The notes below the pieces were generated by a model that did no database searches, was not told the DNA's origin, and worked only from the letters and a program-made list of their open reading frames with translations. From positions 392,398,001 through 392,462,000 of the forward strand of contig OZ024740.1 of assembly GCA_964016885.1 (NCBI GenBank): a stretch of DNA of 64,000 nucleotides, in the 5' to 3' direction. The translations under genes were made by a program, and so were the position numbers. How positions within the stretch are numbered: the first letter of the stretch is position 1; every line of letters begins with the position of its first letter. The stretch is from Eledone cirrhosa (taxonomy: Eukaryota). This document shows positions 63,236-64,000 of the stretch, in pieces.

Positions 63236-64000
63236 ACTAGCAGAAAAACCACCCTTCGGGCAGTTTTCTGCTAGCATATGTAGTGTGCATATTGATATTA
63301 TATGCAAGTATATATGCATGTGGATATGATACATCAAATAAAATCGTAATTGACAATATCCACAGAAATTGAACGAAGACTACGTTACACTCTCTTATGT
63401 AATCAGTAAAGTAATCCATGATACATTAAAAAAAGACGATATTATATATAAACTGCATTAGGAGAAAATTAGTGACGGAAATATATGAATGTTTATTTAA
63501 GTGATCGCTAACCGGAAGTATTGACATTTGAAAATTTTAAAGAAGTGATTCTTTAAATAAGTAATAAAATATATTTAATGAACAGCCACGAAATTTAGTA
63601 GATAAATTATGTAATATTCATTCATTATTTATTCAAAGTAATCCAACTTATTTTACAAACGAGATAAAAATATATATATTCTGGATGCAGTCCTGCACTC
63701 CTCCCTTTATTATAGTTTAGATTGGTATAAATGTAAATTTATAGCCTGTGGAGGGAAGCTAAATATTCCGAAGTAATTGTCTGTAATTATTCCCATTCTT
63801 ACTGATTTGGGAAATGACTGTTCATGATTTTTCTTTTCTCTCCCAAACAACTATTTCTATCTACAACATATCACAATTCTTGTTTGAAGCCATATGATTA
63901 CAGTGAATTCCATTCCCCCTCCTTCTAAAGTCAGTGAATCTGAAGCATTGGGCCTAGTTATAAGAAATCAATAAGCAACTTTGAGCATGCATTATGAAGG

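Overview
AT-rich, repeat-dominated eukaryotic (animal) DNA with no recognisable host protein-coding gene. The SINE and microsatellite content suggests a cephalopod such as Octopus (inference). Most ORFs in the track are microsatellite or antisense artefacts. The window is a transposon graveyard: a near full-length, GC-rich Penelope-like element (RT + GIY-YIG, pLTRs, minus strand, 21982-26869), several RTE LINE copies (one ending in three C2H2 fingers), R4/Dong-like and CRE-like LINE fragments, two decayed mariners, Helitrons, a hAT-like fragment, MITEs, tRNA-derived SINEs, minisatellites and a 200-N gap. The most notable signal is a set of type I hammerhead ribozyme motifs from several dissimilar sequence families, mostly next to (TA)n tracts. 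Intact cores occur at 7787, 8519 and 29735 and in both pLTRs; decayed ones occur near 104-141 and 43161/43525. Two have long stem II insertions, and one lies in a structured 474-bp unit with terminal direct repeats (retrozyme/circular-RNA candidate). All calls were made by eye, without database searches.
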